A stretch of 64,000 nucleotides of DNA, from assembly GCA_045118975.1 (NCBI GenBank), contig JBGVCT010000016.1, positions 28,199 through 92,198 of the forward strand, read 5' to 3'. Both the position numbers and the translations under genes were made by a program. This stretch comes from Bacilli bacterium (lineage in GTDB: Bacteria; Bacillota_I; Bacilli_A; RFN20; DUOF01). Shown one piece after another: positions 21,607-29,654 of the stretch (position 1 is its first letter; each line of letters begins with the position of its first letter). Below the pieces are notes generated by a model. The model was not told the DNA's origin and made no database searches. It saw only the letters and a program-made list of their open reading frames with translations.

Positions 21607-21683
21607 GGCCTTTTGGAGAAGCGGCTTAACTCACATCCCTTTCACGGATGCATTCACGGGTTCGAATCCCGTAAAGGTCACCA
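21607..21683 (+). tRNA. tRNA-Glu (anticodon TTC)
   Basis: Closely resembles Firmicutes tRNA-Glu (GGCC..TGG..AAGCGG..CCCTTTCACGG..CACGGGTTCGAATCCCGT..GGTCACCA). Confidence 0.85.
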
Positions 21684-21691
21684 TATTTAGT

Positions 21692-21767
<76 letters not shown>

Positions 21768-21777
21768 TTTTATTTAA

Positions 21778-21860
21778 GGGGCTATGGCGGAACTGGTAGA
21801 CGCGCCAGACTTAGAATCTGGTGAGAGATCGTGGGAGTTCGAGTCTCCCTAGCCCCACCA
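21778..21860 (+). tRNA. tRNA-Leu (anticodon TAG), class II with long variable arm. Its 3' end is the integration site of the island.
   Basis: Acceptor GGGGCTA/TAGCCCC, anticodon stem-loop CCAGA-CTTAGAA-TCTGG, extra arm, T-loop GGAGTTCGAGTCTCCC, CCA. Confidence 0.85.
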
Positions 21861-21861
21861 A
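21845..21861 (+). repeat. attL core: 17-bp direct repeat CTCCCTAGCCCCACCAA (3' end of tRNA-Leu)
   Basis: Identical 17-mer recurs at 35150-35166. Confidence 0.8.
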
Positions 21862-21874
21862 TATCTTAAAAAAT

Positions 21875-21907
21875 GCGATTGGAATTGACTTTTCAATCGT
21901 TTTTTTA
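21875..21907 (+). terminator. rho-independent terminator downstream of tRNA-Leu (island-borne copy)
   Basis: GCGATTGGAATTGAC-TTTT-CAATCG hairpin followed by T8. Confidence 0.6.
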
Positions 21908-21910
21908 TGC

Positions 21911-21975
21911 TCGTGAGAACACTTTGAGAACACTTTTTTAAAAAATGTTTTTTTGTGAGAACATTTTGGAATATT
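21911..21975 (+). repeat. cluster of GAGAACAYTTT direct repeats just inside attL (putative integrase/excisionase arm-type sites)
   Basis: GTGAGAACACTTTGAGAACACTTTTTT ... GTGAGAACATTTTGG. The same motif pair recurs at 35016-35047 just inside attR. Confidence 0.45.
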
Positions 21976-22069
21976 TTATGAGACTTTTATAAGTCTCTTT
22001 TTCTATGACATAATTCGACAAATTTCGGGAAAATCGAACGCTTTTGATAAAAATAAAAAAGATGATATG

Positions 22070-23167
22070 CTAGTTCATCATATCATCTAATCTATTTACT
22101 ATTTCTTGTTGGTTAGTTGGGAATAAGTGAGAATAAACATCTAATGTAGTAGAAACATCTTGGTGACCTAATCTTTCAGATATAAATATAGGTGTTATTC
22201 CCATATTAATAAGTAAACTTGCATGAGAGTGTCTGAAGTCATGAATTCTTATTTGTTTAACTCCAGCTTCTTTACATTTCTTGTTTTTATATCTTTCAAG
22301 AGATGTTTCACTTATTGGTTTGATACCACCAAAGACAAAATATTGTTCTGTTAAACCAGGGAAACTCTTTTCTTGCCATATTCTATATTCATTTAGTATC
22401 AATAATAGTTTTTGTGGTAAATCAATAGTTCTAACTCCTTTAGATGTCTTAGGTGCTGTCAGGGTGTATGTGGTGTTATTTTCTTTATGTTTTTGTGTTA
22501 TGGTTTTTGTTATTCTGATATATTTGCTAAATCTATTAATATCTTCCCATGTTAGAGCTAAAGCTTCGCCTTTTCTCATTCCTGTGTAGTAAAGCAAGTT
22601 GAACAAAGTGTATTGTAAAATATCACCTTCACAGCATTTGATAAAATTATTGAACTCTTCTGGAGTCCATATAAGCATTATATTTTTAACTACTGAAGTG
22701 TTTTTTATATATCCAACAGCTTTTACAGGGTTATAGTTGATGTTATAGAATTTATCGGCATATTCGTATATATCTTTAAGTAGCCCTGTGATTTTATTTA
22801 CTCTTCCTATTGTAACGTTAGAACGTTTAATTGCATTTTGCCAATTTAAAACGTCATTGTTTGTGATCCTTTGAGGATATTTTTCTCCAAAGTAACCACG
22901 AATGTATTTGTCGATAACAATTTTTTTGCCATATATGGTAGCTATTTTGTATTTGTTTTCTATAAATTTTAAATATTCGTCGCACAGTTGATTCATTGTA
23001 ACTCGTTTTAAAGATTCTAATTCATATTCTACTTGTGCTTCAGCTTGCTGTGCTTCTTTCTTTGTTTTGAAACCTCTTTTTGCAAGAAATACATTTTTAC
23101 CACTTGCATCTTTCACTCGTTTTCTGTAATACCATGTATTTCTTTTCTCATCTTTGTGGACTGACAT
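22070..23167 (-). CDS. int: site-specific tyrosine integrase
   Basis: C-terminal catalytic domain with R...HDFRHSHAS...LGHQDVSTTLDVYSHL (R-H-R-Y signature). Adjacent to the tRNA att site. Confidence 0.88.
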   Translation of the reverse strand: MSVHKDEKRNTWYYRKRVKDASGKNVFLAKRGFKTKKEAQQAEAQVEYELESLKRVTMNQLCDEYLKFIENKYKIATIYGKKIVIDKYIRGYFGEKYPQRITNNDVLNWQNAIKRSNVTIGRVNKITGLLKDIYEYADKFYNINYNPVKAVGYIKNTSVVKNIMLIWTPEEFNNFIKCCEGDILQYTLFNLLYYTGMRKGEALALTWEDINRFSKYIRITKTITQKHKENNTTYTLTAPKTSKGVRTIDLPQKLLLILNEYRIWQEKSFPGLTEQYFVFGGIKPISETSLERYKNKKCKEAGVKQIRIHDFRHSHASLLINMGITPIFISERLGHQDVSTTLDVYSHLFPTNQQEIVNRLDDMMN

Positions 23168-23318
23168 AATAATCGCTCCTTTCTATTGAATGTGTATTTT
23201 CTTGTATTAATCGAAGAAAATTGATAGAATAAGAGCATGGAAAAAGGTCTAGATGATTGCTGGTCATATAAGATTAATTATCCATGCGGCAAGTAGGGTG
23301 GTAGCTACTTGCTTTTTT

Positions 23319-23981
23319 TTATTTATTTTCTTCTTTTAGTTTTCTAATGAACTCGATATCATCTTCATTCATTAGAAGTGTATCTTCTTCAGAATTCATT
23401 AATGATTTTAGATAATCTGTTCCAAACATTGTCTCTTTTAAGCGTTGTTCGATATTTAACTCTTCAACTTCATTAAGACTTAATGCTTTTACGTAGTCTA
23501 ATAAACTCAAGAGTTGAGAGTAAATCATTGTTTTTGTTGGTGCATCAACTTTCTTAAAGTTTAGGTAGTTCTTTATATTATAAGTTAGGTCAAGAATGTC
23601 ATCTTCGATTTCTTTCATTGCTCCTAACGAATTATAAGGTCGTCCTAACCTTAAGAAATCTCCGCCTTCAAGTGCAACAAAGAATGTGTATGGTAGATCT
23701 AATGCACAAATGATTTTACTTAAATCATCTGTAGACATTCTTCTTTGTCTTGAAAGCCATAGTGTCATGGTAGAGGGAGATACTCCAACTTTCTTAGCTA
23801 AATCCTTTTTAGACATGTCTCTGATTTTCATGGCAATATTAATTCTTTCTATAACGAATTCGATAAATCCATCTTCTTGCCCCATACCAGTAGCGTCTAA
23901 CAACATTGCTTGTCTATCAACGTGAGTTAGAATAGCAGAACAAATTAGCTTCTTTTCATCACCTTTATAAAAGTAATCCAT
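23319..23981 (-). CDS. XRE-family HTH transcriptional regulator (cI-like island repressor). Start at the ATG with GGAGG RBS is preferred.
   Basis: HTH MSKKDLAKKVGVSPSTMTLWLSRQRR. Divergent from a small HTH gene. The ORF track's longer N-terminus lacks an RBS. Confidence 0.7.
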   Translation of the reverse strand: MDYFYKGDEKKLICSAILTHVDRQAMLLDATGMGQEDGFIEFVIERINIAMKIRDMSKKDLAKKVGVSPSTMTLWLSRQRRMSTDDLSKIICALDLPYTFFVALEGGDFLRLGRPYNSLGAMKEIEDDILDLTYNIKNYLNFKKVDAPTKTMIYSQLLSLLDYVKALSLNEVEELNIEQRLKETMFGTDYLKSLMNSEEDTLLMNEDDIEFIRKLKEENK

Positions 23982-24208
23982 ATTATACCTCCTGACATTT
24001 TTTACTATATCATGGAATTTTAAAAAAATAAATAGTTTTTTGAGAAAATATTTACAAGTAGTAAAAAACAAGATAAATTTATATGCAAGAAAGGAGGAAT
24101 TATTTTCTGTGCGTAAAGAAATGATACAAAATGAGACACCTGATTGATTGACATTATATATGAAAATGGTAAATAATCAGAATCAGGAAAGGGGAGAATT
24201 GATGTTAT

Positions 24209-24496
24209 ATGACCAGCAATCAAGAAAAAGAGAAGATTATTCTAAAAAGTAGTTTGACAAGAAAGGATATTATAGTTTTAACGGGATTAAACTATAAGGC
24301 AGTAACTAAGATATTCTTAAATATGAGAGAATCTATTTTAAAGAAACTTAGAAAAGATGATCCTGACTTTGAGTTCTACAATGTAAAGTATATTCCTACC
24401 ACGTATGCTTTACCTTACTTGAAGAAGTATGGAGTAGAAAGAGAAGTTATCTTGCTAAATGCTGACAGAGAAAGAAGTATTGTTATTGAACAATAG
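24209..24496 (+). CDS. small HTH protein (Cro/excisionase-like candidate)
   Basis: Predicted HTH LTGLNYKAVTKIF. Divergent from the repressor gene, with a TTGACA -35 in the intergenic region. Confidence 0.35.
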   Translation: MTSNQEKEKIILKSSLTRKDIIVLTGLNYKAVTKIFLNMRESILKKLRKDDPDFEFYNVKYIPTTYALPYLKKYGVEREVILLNADRERSIVIEQ

Positions 24497-25427
24497 ATTG
24501 AAGGAATCTTTAGACTATTTTCGACATAGAACAGATTTATATGAAACGCCTGAGATGGAACTTGCAATAAGTAACAAAGGATTTAATGTGTATGGGATAT
24601 ACTGTCTTTTGTGTGAAAAATCTAGTAGAAATATAAATAAACCTTTAATTTTAGATGACGATATGATGCATCTGTTAGCAAGAAAAGTGGGAATGTTGGT
24701 TGCAGAATTTAAAGAAAATGTAGAGGAACTAATCAAAAGGAATTTGTTTGATCAAAAAAGTTATTATGAAACTAGGGCAATAACTAATGGAATAATAGAA
24801 GAAGGTAAAGAAATAACTAAAAACAAACGAGCTTCAAAGCGTGGCGATTCCAAAAAGGAATTCCATTTTGATAAAATAGAACGCCAAACTAGCAAAACGT
24901 TTAATAATAGTAAAAGTAATATAAATAGTAATAGTAAGAATGATAGTAATAGTAACAGTAATAGTGAAATTAATATTTATAGTTATAGTAATATTGATAG
25001 TGAAACGGGGAATCCTATCAATATAACTGATAATGAGAATAATGAAGATTCATCGCTATTTGTTAATGGCGTTTTAATTGCTGATGCTAATGATCTTTAT
25101 AGAATCGTAGAAGAACTAATGGAAGCTAATATGAATGCAGGTATTAAAAATAGTATTGATTCATATATAGAAGAAAATGTTATTGCTTTAGCTAGGGCAT
25201 TAGAGAATTGTCAGAATTCTAAAACGCAAGCGATATCTTTTAATTATATCAAGAAGGCATATTCACAAGAAAAGTTAAAATTATGTTCAAAAAGTCTAAT
25301 TTTGTCGAATGATGTCGAAATCGAAAATGTAGAAGATGAAGTAGAAGAATTAGAACGTTTAAAAGAAGAAAGACGAAAACGTAAACTATTGCATGATGAA
25401 AATGATGATGAAAACAACTTTGATTAA
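24459..25427 (+). CDS. DUF4373 (Lin1244/Lin1753-like) N-terminal domain protein with an Asn/Ser-rich low-complexity linker. Phage replication-initiation associated.
   Basis: LDYFRHRTDLYETPEMELAISNKGFNVYGIYCLLCEKSSRN resembles the DUF4373 signature. Central NSNS repeats. Acidic C-terminus. Confidence 0.4.
   Translation: MLTEKEVLLLNNRLKESLDYFRHRTDLYETPEMELAISNKGFNVYGIYCLLCEKSSRNINKPLILDDDMMHLLARKVGMLVAEFKENVEELIKRNLFDQKSYYETRAITNGIIEEGKEITKNKRASKRGDSKKEFHFDKIERQTSKTFNNSKSNINSNSKNDSNSNSNSEINIYSYSNIDSETGNPINITDNENNEDSSLFVNGVLIADANDLYRIVEELMEANMNAGIKNSIDSYIEENVIALARALENCQNSKTQAISFNYIKKAYSQEKLKLCSKSLILSNDVEIENVEDEVEELERLKEERRKRKLLHDENDDENNFD
24895..25010 (+). repeat. AAT/AGT-rich simple-sequence tract encoding the (N/S)n linker
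   Basis: Near-tandem AATAGTAAT / AGTAATAGT units. Confidence 0.6.
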
Positions 25428-25450
25428 TAAAATTCTTTAAATTTTGAATA

Positions 25451-25492
25451 AAAGGGCTTTGGAGTATAAATTGCTTTGAAAGCTCTTTTTTG
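25451..25492 (+). terminator. probable rho-independent terminator after the DUF4373 gene
   Basis: Imperfect stem GGGCTTT/AAAGCTC with an 18-nt loop followed by T6. Confidence 0.35.
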
Positions 25493-25610
25493 TTTGGTGG
25501 TGAAGATAAAAACGCACAAATAGAAAGCAATGTAATTTATATCCTCACCGTAGGTGATGTGTGCAAAAATAATTAAATTGGTGTAGTTTTTTAATTAGCT
25601 TCTCGGTGGT

Positions 25611-25639
25611 TTTACTTTTACTCAATATTATGCTATAAT
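25611..25639 (+). promoter_or_regulatory. candidate promoter of the three-gene operon
   Basis: -35 TTTACT, 17-nt spacer, -10 TATAAT at 25634-25639. Confidence 0.4.
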
Positions 25640-25657
25640 ATTGTCCGTTATAAGGTC

Positions 25658-28474
25658 GTGAGTGTAGTGAATGAAGAAAATGGAATTTATTTAGTAATCA
25701 TAATTGCTGTAATAATTCTTTTGGGGTGGGGTTATAGTCATTACAGAGAACTATATAATACTCCATTACCTACTCGTTCATCTAAAAGAAAGGTTAAATA
25801 TAATTCTAAATCTAGTGTGTATGAAAAATTGTTTATAGATGAATATAATGTTTATATAGATTTGTTAAATAATATTGATTACTATGAGAAATCTATAAGT
25901 GCCATGTCTAAAAAAATAAAAGGATGTTATTTTTTTGATAAAGAACTATATTATGCACTGAAAAAGAGAAGAGAAGAATACAAAGGAAAACACATTAACT
26001 ATTTAAATCGTTTGAAATCATTTTCGATAACTAATATGTTTGTTCCAATCGGAAGTGATCAATACAACATATTCATTAAAATGTATTTTCCAAATAATGC
26101 TAATTCAAACTTTTTCCTTCATGAATTTTTTAATAGGAAATATCATTATATTGAATACAATGGTGCTTATATTGTCTTTTATGAAGAAATGATTTTTCAC
26201 ATCAATACTGAGAAAAATACATTAAGATGTTATCGCTATGATGAAGTTAATCTTGACTATTATGATAGTTTTGTAAAGAGAGTATCTGTAAAGAAAAATG
26301 AAGAAATCATAGGAGAAACATGGCTTCATGCTAGAAAAGACGGAAGTCCTGATAGACGATATAGTCAAAATTATAGAATGTATAAAGTTTTGAAAGTAAA
26401 AGTGTATATGATGAATTATGAAACTGACTTGGCATTCTACAACAAGAAAGATTTACAAGAATTTAAATCATTTATTACTTCTATAAAAAGATTAGAAAAA
26501 AATTATCGACATGATACAGAAAGTAATAGAAATTCTAATTCCGATAAAATTGCTACTAACATTAAAGAAGAAAATATTATCTATCAGACTACGCTTTTTG
26601 ATGTAGATATAGAAAAAACTATAGATGAAGTAGATACTTCAAGTTTAATAATAGATGTTGAACCTATTTCTGAAACCACTTCAATGGTCAGTGATTTTAT
26701 AGAAAACATTATTTCTGAGCAAAAGTGCATTGAATGGTGTTTTCACGATGTTTTTGGATTGGGACAAGTACAAAATAATGAAAAAGAAATATTGACAATA
26801 GAATTTTTAGGAGGAACAACTAGAAAAATAGCTCAAACATATGCTGGGTTAAAACATGTTAAAAGTTCTGTTGGAAATAGCTGTATCATTAAAACTGAAA
26901 AATATGGTTATGGTGTGATTATCGAAAATAGGGAAGATGGAGTTATAATAGCAGAGTTTAAAGATAAAAAACATGTTATATCAGGTCCAAATAGTTCATA
27001 TGAGATTATAGATGTTGCAACATTAAGTGAATCAACTAAAGTACCTAATGAACAAATTATATCTGAAGCTGAAGCAAAAGAAGAAGTAAAAGAAAGTAAG
27101 CAAGTTACTATCGGAACTCTTGTCACACAAATGAAATATGGAAAAGGTGTTATATACAAAATAGAAGATGCTTCATATACTATTGTTTTTGATTCAGGAA
27201 TCGAAAAGAAAGTATCAAAAAGTTCATGCAGTGTATTGGAATACTTTGATAAAGAAAAATATGATTCAAAATTAGAAAAATTAAAAAGATTTGATTATGT
27301 ATCTATGAAAAATATAGGCTATGGAATTATAGTTGATTTTAACTCTGACACAATTACAATAGCCTGGAAAAATAAAACAGTTGAAAAATATAATATTCTA
27401 GTTACATGTTTACTTACTAGAGTTGTATCTGAAAGAAAAATAGAGTTGTTGAATTTAAGCATTGGCGATTATTTGTATAGTAAAAAATATGGCTATGGAA
27501 GAATTGTGGAGTTTATAGTAGATAAGATAAAACTCAAATTTTATGATGTTCCTAAAGAGATTCTTGTAGGAATGGAGTATCTGCAAATACCATCACTACA
27601 ACAACTTGAACAATTTAAATCAGAACTTAGACAGTCAAGCCTATCAAGAGATCTTACTTTTTTTACAAGATTGGATAAAAAATATTATTCGTATAAAGAA
27701 GCTCTTGACATATATACAGAATACTTTAGTTCTAAAAAATCAAAAGAAAAAAGTATGGTTATTAGCACATATAAAAAAGCAGGATTCAATCTGGTCAAAG
27801 ATTTCTTTGTATATTGCGGATATTTAAAACTAGAGGATTGTATTTATGAAGAAATTATTTCTACAAAAATTTATAAATATGATTATTCTATTGAGAGTGA
27901 TACATATAATTATATCTTAGATAAGATGTGTAAGTCATATTATTGTTTGAAGTATGATGATGGAGTGTATTTCACGTTTAGCAAGTATGGCGAATTCGGG
28001 TTTAATTTCTATGAACTTTTAAGTTTTATTGGAAAATTATTGGATTTTATAAAAGAACATAAATTTGTTTCAATTGTTTACTTGAAAAATAACTACGAAG
28101 GCTATTTGCCAGACGAAGGATTGTTACTGGCTATAATAAATTCTATTAGCATGATAAAATCGAGAAAAATGGGAAATTCATATATTTATCATTTGAAAGA
28201 CGGTCAAACAGTAAAGAAAGATTTGATGTATAAATTTATAGTAGAAGAATTTAATTGTATAAATAGTAAAAGTTGTGATATATATGATTTTATGGAGCAT
28301 TTAAATATAAAATACGAATTTGAATTTGAATATTCTACATTTGTTTTATTGTTAAATGAATTAGAAGATACTAATATTTATTATAGTGAAGATACAGAAA
28401 AAATATATAGCACTAAAGAAGAGTTTTATTTGGAGGTTTATGGAAATGGAAACGAAGAAAATAATAGCAATTAA
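25658..28474 (+). CDS. membrane-anchored 938-aa protein with four C-terminal Tudor-like KYGYG repeats (candidate defence component A). GTG start at 25658 or 25667.
   Basis: N-terminal TM helix IYLVIIIAVIILLGWGY. Repeats KYGYGVIIEN / KYGKGVIYKI / NIGYGIIVDF / KYGYGRIVEF spaced 60-75 aa. Stop overlaps the next gene. Confidence 0.5.
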   Translation: MSVVNEENGIYLVIIIAVIILLGWGYSHYRELYNTPLPTRSSKRKVKYNSKSSVYEKLFIDEYNVYIDLLNNIDYYEKSISAMSKKIKGCYFFDKELYYALKKRREEYKGKHINYLNRLKSFSITNMFVPIGSDQYNIFIKMYFPNNANSNFFLHEFFNRKYHYIEYNGAYIVFYEEMIFHINTEKNTLRCYRYDEVNLDYYDSFVKRVSVKKNEEIIGETWLHARKDGSPDRRYSQNYRMYKVLKVKVYMMNYETDLAFYNKKDLQEFKSFITSIKRLEKNYRHDTESNRNSNSDKIATNIKEENIIYQTTLFDVDIEKTIDEVDTSSLIIDVEPISETTSMVSDFIENIISEQKCIEWCFHDVFGLGQVQNNEKEILTIEFLGGTTRKIAQTYAGLKHVKSSVGNSCIIKTEKYGYGVIIENREDGVIIAEFKDKKHVISGPNSSYEIIDVATLSESTKVPNEQIISEAEAKEEVKESKQVTIGTLVTQMKYGKGVIYKIEDASYTIVFDSGIEKKVSKSSCSVLEYFDKEKYDSKLEKLKRFDYVSMKNIGYGIIVDFNSDTITIAWKNKTVEKYNILVTCLLTRVVSERKIELLNLSIGDYLYSKKYGYGRIVEFIVDKIKLKFYDVPKEILVGMEYLQIPSLQQLEQFKSELRQSSLSRDLTFFTRLDKKYYSYKEALDIYTEYFSSKKSKEKSMVISTYKKAGFNLVKDFFVYCGYLKLEDCIYEEIISTKIYKYDYSIESDTYNYILDKMCKSYYCLKYDDGVYFTFSKYGEFGFNFYELLSFIGKLLDFIKEHKFVSIVYLKNNYEGYLPDEGLLLAIINSISMIKSRKMGNSYIYHLKDGQTVKKDLMYKFIVEEFNCINSKSCDIYDFMEHLNIKYEFEFEYSTFVLLLNELEDTNIYYSEDTEKIYSTKEEFYLEVYGNGNEENNSN

Positions 28475-29654
28475 TACAGGAAGAAAAGAAAAAATGGTTA
28501 TAGGCGGGCACACTGTATTAGAAGATGTATATAAGGTCGATATTTCTACTTTATATTACAATGATGAAAATGGTAGAATAGCAACTTTTATTGCAGAATA
28601 TAAATCCAAAAGTGATGTTGCTATAAACGAGCTTTCATTTGATGAATATAATGAAACTATAATGCAATTTATCAAAGACTCTAGTAACAAAGATAAATAT
28701 AAAACTACTAAGGAAGATATAAAGAAAAACGGGCAATTGAGAATTGGTATCATTTTAGATGATGGTAGAGTAATTGACGGAAACAGACGTTTTACTTGTT
28801 TACGTGAATTATATAACGAAACCGGGGATGAAAGATATCAATATTTCGAATGCGTTATTTTAAAAGTACCTACAACTCTAAATGATAAAAAAATGATTAA
28901 ATCATTAGAATTGAAATATCAATTTGGAGAAGATGCTAGAGTAGATTATAATGCCATTGATAAATTAGTTGATGTATATAATCTTTTAGTGGGACCAAGT
29001 AGAATTTTTTCAATAAAAGAATATCGTGATCGTGTAAATAATCAAATCAAAGAAACTGATATAAAAAGAATGATGGTTAAAGCTGAAGTTATGTATGATT
29101 ATTTGGACTTTATAGGTATGAAAGAAAGATACGATATTGCTAGAGACTATAAATTAGATGGTCCAATTCAAGAAATAGCAGCACTAAAGTCTTCTTTATC
29201 AGACTTTGAGTGGAGCGAAGTAAGGCCAATTATGTATAAAGCCATGAAAGATGCAACTGGTGATAGAACAAGAGAAGTTCGTAGTCTAATAAAGGTATAT
29301 AAAAATAGTCCGTCAGAATTTGAAAAGATAAGAAATAATTTCTTAAATATCGAATTTAAGCAAGAACAAATCAAACATTCACAAGCAGAAGCAACCGAAG
29401 TTGTAACTAAAAAAGAAGAATTATCAGATTTAAAAGCAGAATATAAAGAACTTGTTAAGGATAGTATAGCTAAAACAGGAATAGATATGGCTAGAAAAAA
29501 ACAAAATGAGTTATTAAAAGGTGTAGTTAAGAAAATGTCTGAAATAGATAAAATATCGTTAAGACACTTACCTGAAGACTTGAAAAAAGAATTCATGCAA
29601 TATTTAAGTCAGTTAGAAATGGAAATTGCAATTTGTAAGAAGGAAATAGAATAA
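28440..29654 (+). CDS. ParB/DndB(DGQHR)-like N-terminal domain protein with DGNRR motif and a coiled-coil C-terminal half (candidate defence component B)
   Basis: VDISTLYYNDENGR ... LRIGIILDDGRVIDGNRRFTCLREL matches ParB-N/sulfiredoxin-fold boxes. Start ATG at 28440 with GGAGG RBS (track ORF starts upstream within the previous gene). Confidence 0.55.
   Translation: MEMETKKIIAINTGRKEKMVIGGHTVLEDVYKVDISTLYYNDENGRIATFIAEYKSKSDVAINELSFDEYNETIMQFIKDSSNKDKYKTTKEDIKKNGQLRIGIILDDGRVIDGNRRFTCLRELYNETGDERYQYFECVILKVPTTLNDKKMIKSLELKYQFGEDARVDYNAIDKLVDVYNLLVGPSRIFSIKEYRDRVNNQIKETDIKRMMVKAEVMYDYLDFIGMKERYDIARDYKLDGPIQEIAALKSSLSDFEWSEVRPIMYKAMKDATGDRTREVRSLIKVYKNSPSEFEKIRNNFLNIEFKQEQIKHSQAEATEVVTKKEELSDLKAEYKELVKDSIAKTGIDMARKKQNELLKGVVKKMSEIDKISLRHLPEDLKKEFMQYLSQLEMEIAICKKEIE

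Noticed and set aside
23289-23320. GCAAGTAG...CTACTTGC hairpin followed by T8 between the integrase and repressor genes
   Set aside because: It is oriented as a + strand terminator although both flanking genes are on the minus strand. It may insulate the integrase from antisense read-through, but the function is unclear and it is not a canonical terminator for either gene.
29168-29596. 142-aa minus-strand ORF
   Set aside because: Antisense to the ParB-like gene of the coupled operon. No RBS.
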